In this document: piece by piece, positions 61,403 through 64,000 of the stretch | How positions within the stretch are numbered: position 1 is the first letter of the stretch | How the letters are laid out: each line of letters starts with the position of its first letter | Assembly: GCA_022072225.1 (NCBI GenBank) | Contig: JAJVIC010000007.1 | Location: forward strand, 366,150-430,149 | Reading direction: 5' to 3' | From: Bacteroidia bacterium | GTDB taxonomy: Bacteria; Bacteroidota; Bacteroidia; SXHM01 | DNA length: 64,000 nt | Position numbers and translations under genes: made by a program | The notes under the pieces: generated by a model | Seen by the model: the letters and a program-made list of their open reading frames with translations, nothing else | What the model was told of the DNA's origin: nothing | Databases searched by the model: none

Positions 61403-64000
61403 TTACCGGATCACCGTAACCGTTCCTATATTCTTCTTCTCCGCTTCACCAATAGCAGAACCCTGCCACACATGTCCGTCTTCAAACGTAGCCGTTATAT
61501 GCCAAACATAAGCCCCTTGAGGAACTACCTGCCCCTGATACCTTCCATCCCAACCCTCAGCCGGGCGGCCATCTTCTAATTTAGTGCTATTCCACAATAG
61601 GTTTCCCCACTTGTCATATACCGAACATTCATACTGAGCCAATCCTCTTCCTTTCGGCAAAAATAACCCCGGCTCACCGTCTTCCCCATTTATCATAGCA
61701 TTCGGCACATACAATCCGTTTTCCATTTCCGGCTCTATGTATTCTAAAGCAGTGTCGGTGCAGCCAAATCCGTTTTCTGCTATAAGCGTTACTAAGTAAT
61801 TCCCGGGGTTTTGGTAGTTATTAATCGGATTAGTTTCCGTTGAGGTATTTCCATCACCAAAAGTCCAGTTATAGTTGTTTGCACCTGACGAAGAATTTGT
61901 GAAAATAATTTGTCCATCAGGGTCATAAGGATCTTCATAATCCCACGTAAAACCTGCAACAGGCTGAGGAAAAACGGTCACAGCATTGTTCACCGTTATT
62001 GAATCCGAGCAACCGCCAGCACCTGTAACAACAAGTGTTATATCATATTCTCCTGCTTCATAATATGTGTGTTGAGGATTACTTAAAACAGAAGTTGTGC
62101 TATCACCGAAATTCCAGAAATATTGCAGCACTCCGTTTGAATTATCAGTAAAATCAATAGAAAGCGCAGGGCAGCCTTCTGTTGAAGAAAGTGAAAATGC
62201 AGCAACAGGATTTTCATATCCTGTAAAAATTTGAGTTGTTGTATCGCTGCACCCAAGTGAATTAGTTGCAACTAAAGTAATAGTAAAAACTCCGAAATTG
62301 TTGAATGTAAGAACAGGCGCTACAGTATTATAATTATTCCCGTTGCCAGCATTCCAGTTATAAGATATTGCGCCTGTGCTGTTATTAATCGTTGAAACAA
62401 TAGCAGGATATGTACAACTCGAATTCTGAGTTATCGCAAAACTTGCAACAGGTGTAGGATAAACTGTTACAGGAATATTGATGAACGAAGCAGAACAACC
62501 TTCGCCATCTGTAACTGTAACCATTAAAGAATCTTCTTGTTGAGGGAAAACAGAAATACTTATGCCGCTTTGTCCGTCCGACCAACTATAACTATAATTT
62601 CCATTGCCACCGGTCACATTGGCAGTAACAATGGTTTCTGCACCAGGACAAACAGTTGCAGGATTTGCAACAGTTATATTTATTTCATCCGGTTGATAAA
62701 TAGTAACGAGAAGTGTATCAATGCATGCATTTGCATCTCTCACACTAAGCTCGTATGTCCCTGCAATTAAATTCTGTAAATCCTCATCACTGCTGCCATT
62801 CGACCATGTATAAAAATAAGGTTGCGTTCCGCCCGTAACACTTACATCAATAGCTCCGTCAGCCAATCCAAAACACGAAACATCGGTAACGGATGTTACG
62901 CTTGCATCTAATAATCCCGGCTCTGTAAGCAATGTATCTGCTGTTAATGAACAACCATTTGCATCCGTAATTATAACCGAGTACGTTCCCGATGCAAGGT
63001 TTGAAATTGCTTGTGTTGTTTCACTCGTTGACCATAAATACGAATAGCTTACAACTCCACCCGAAACAATTATTTCAGCCGAACCATTTGCCGTTCCATT
63101 GCATAAGGGGTTCTGAATTTGAAAAGCAGAACTCATTACCACAGGAGCAACAAGCTGAATTGTAGAAGTAGTTGTACAGCCACTGTTATCGGTAATTTCA
63201 ACAGAGTAACTTCCTGCCGCAAGGTTGCTTATTATTTGCGTTGTTTCACTTGTTGACCATAGCAGTGAGTAAGGAGCATTGCCACCCGAAACACTCACAG
63301 TTGCAGATCCGTCACTTGAATTATAACAACTTACTGCATAACCATTGTAGTCAGAAACAGCCTGAACTGCTGCATTAATTTCAACAGGCTGTTGAATTTG
63401 TATTTCTAAACTGTCTGTACAACCATTTGCATCCGTTACAATAACTGTCTGTGCTCCTGCTGCAAGACCTGTTGCCTGTGCACTTGTTGCTCCGTTGCTC
63501 CATAAATATCCATAAGGTGCAACACCACCCGAAACACTCACGGTCGCACTTCCATCGCTAAATCCAAAACACGAAACATCCACAACGGAACTTGCAGTAA
63601 TTGAAATTGCAGTTGGCTCTGTAAGCACAACCGTTTCGTTGTGGGTACAACCGTTTGCATCCGTCAAAGCCAGAGAATAACTTCCTGCTTCAAGTCCTGA
63701 AATATCTTCATCAGCAGAAACAAATCCGTTTGGCCCCGACCATGAATAGGTATAAGTTTCACAATCTGCACCACCTGCAAACTCAGCATTAATATTTCCG
63801 TCAAAAGCCCCGTTGCAACTGATATTTAAGCCACTTGTGTATGTTGAAACCTGAATAGAAGTTGTTGAAACAGTACTTGGTTCTGTAAGCGTAACACTTG
63901 CCGATGCTGTGCCCCCGTTTGCATCCGTAACAGTGAGTTGATAAAACCCGGCATTCAATCCGTTTATCGTTCCTGTTGTTTCGCCATTACTCCATAAATA
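61403..64000 (-). CDS. SprB-like adhesin with CHU_C / type B T9SS C-terminal domain (5' end outside the window)
   Basis: C-terminus LYVPNAMINGEDGEPGLFLPKG...YECSVYDKWGNLLW; PKD-like segments (YFWNFGDSTTS, YNWTFGDGNTS); multiple SprB repeats (CNG.A.GS....SGG..PY.Y.WS); the reading frame stays open to the window edge. Confidence 0.7.
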   Translation of the reverse strand, partial: YLWSNGETTGTINGLNAGFYQLTVTDANGGTASASVTLTEPSTVSTTSIQVSTYTSGLNISCNGAFDGNINAEFAGGADCETYTYSWSGPNGFVSADEDISGLEAGSYSLALTDANGCTHNETVVLTEPTAISITASSVVDVSCFGFSDGSATVSVSGGVAPYGYLWSNGATSAQATGLAAGAQTVIVTDANGCTDSLEIQIQQPVEINAAVQAVSDYNGYAVSCYNSSDGSATVSVSGGNAPYSLLWSTSETTQIISNLAAGSYSVEITDNSGCTTTSTIQLVAPVVMSSAFQIQNPLCNGTANGSAEIIVSGGVVSYSYLWSTSETTQAISNLASGTYSVIITDANGCSLTADTLLTEPGLLDASVTSVTDVSCFGLADGAIDVSVTGGTQPYFYTWSNGSSDEDLQNLIAGTYELSVRDANACIDTLLVTIYQPDEINITVANPATVCPGAETIVTANVTGGNGNYSYSWSDGQSGISISVFPQQEDSLMVTVTDGEGCSASFINIPVTVYPTPVASFAITQNSSCTYPAIVSTINNSTGAISYNWNAGNGNNYNTVAPVLTFNNFGVFTITLVATNSLGCSDTTTQIFTGYENPVAAFSLSSTEGCPALSIDFTDNSNGVLQYFWNFGDSTTSVLSNPQHTYYEAGEYDITLVVTGAGGCSDSITVNNAVTVFPQPVAGFTWDYEDPYDPDGQIIFTNSSSGANNYNWTFGDGNTSTETNPINNYQNPGNYLVTLIAENGFGCTDTALEYIEPEMENGLYVPNAMINGEDGEPGLFLPKGRGLAQYECSVYDKWGNLLWNSTKLEDGRPAEGWDGRYQGQVVPQGAYVWHITATFEDGHVWQGSAIGEAEKKNIGTVTVIR

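Overview
This window is a chromosomal segment from a Bacteroidetes genome, probably Flavobacteriia, Cytophagia or Sphingobacteriia. The evidence is the T9SS C-terminal sorting domains of both type A (Por_Secre_tail) and type B (CHU_C), the SprB/HYR/PKD adhesin architecture, the 'Q after signal peptide' pattern, a Bacteroidetes-type TAnnTTTG promoter box and the characteristic REP-like interspersed palindromes.

Housekeeping genes: fabG-like SDR, fumC, a serA-like dehydrogenase plus a class V aminotransferase, purQ, cysS, metF, tatD, ansA, tRNA-Ser(GGA), an acyl-CoA dehydrogenase and mfd. Other ordinary genes are a bacilliredoxin, an NhaD antiporter and a TerC membrane protein. There is a HepT/MntA toxin-antitoxin pair and an M28/glutaminyl-cyclase-like peptidase.

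About one third of the window is a cell-surface adhesin locus. Its centre is a single uninterrupted 22.8-kb ORF of 7,596 aa on the minus strand: signal peptide, N-terminal domain, Calx-beta, about 8 Ig-like repeats, about 55-60 tandem HYR domains, about 20 SprB repeats, 3 PKD domains and a CHU_C type B T9SS domain. A second SprB-like adhesin (type B T9SS, partial at the window edge) follows it. A NIDO-SprB-PKD-CHU_C protein and three smaller type A T9SS cargo proteins lie elsewhere in the window.

Two low-GC islets flanked by REP elements hold the most novel content. The first, at roughly 900-4100, carries an orphan secreted 656-aa protein, a phased array of about 9 CGATAT-core motifs at about 42-bp spacing, and a 224-aa ORF. 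The second, at roughly 34365-36750, has a three-gene layout: a protein with a DUF559/Vsr-like PD-(D/E)xK nuclease domain, a 187-aa unknown protein, a 550-bp repeat-filled regulatory region and an XRE-type HTH regulator.

Other unusual points are a GIY-YIG nuclease ORF bracketed by inverted REP copies, GC-rich mini-elements inserted in-frame twice in mfd, a 63-bp tandem repeat upstream of an adhesin gene, and a recurring 20-bp-arm palindrome at two loci.
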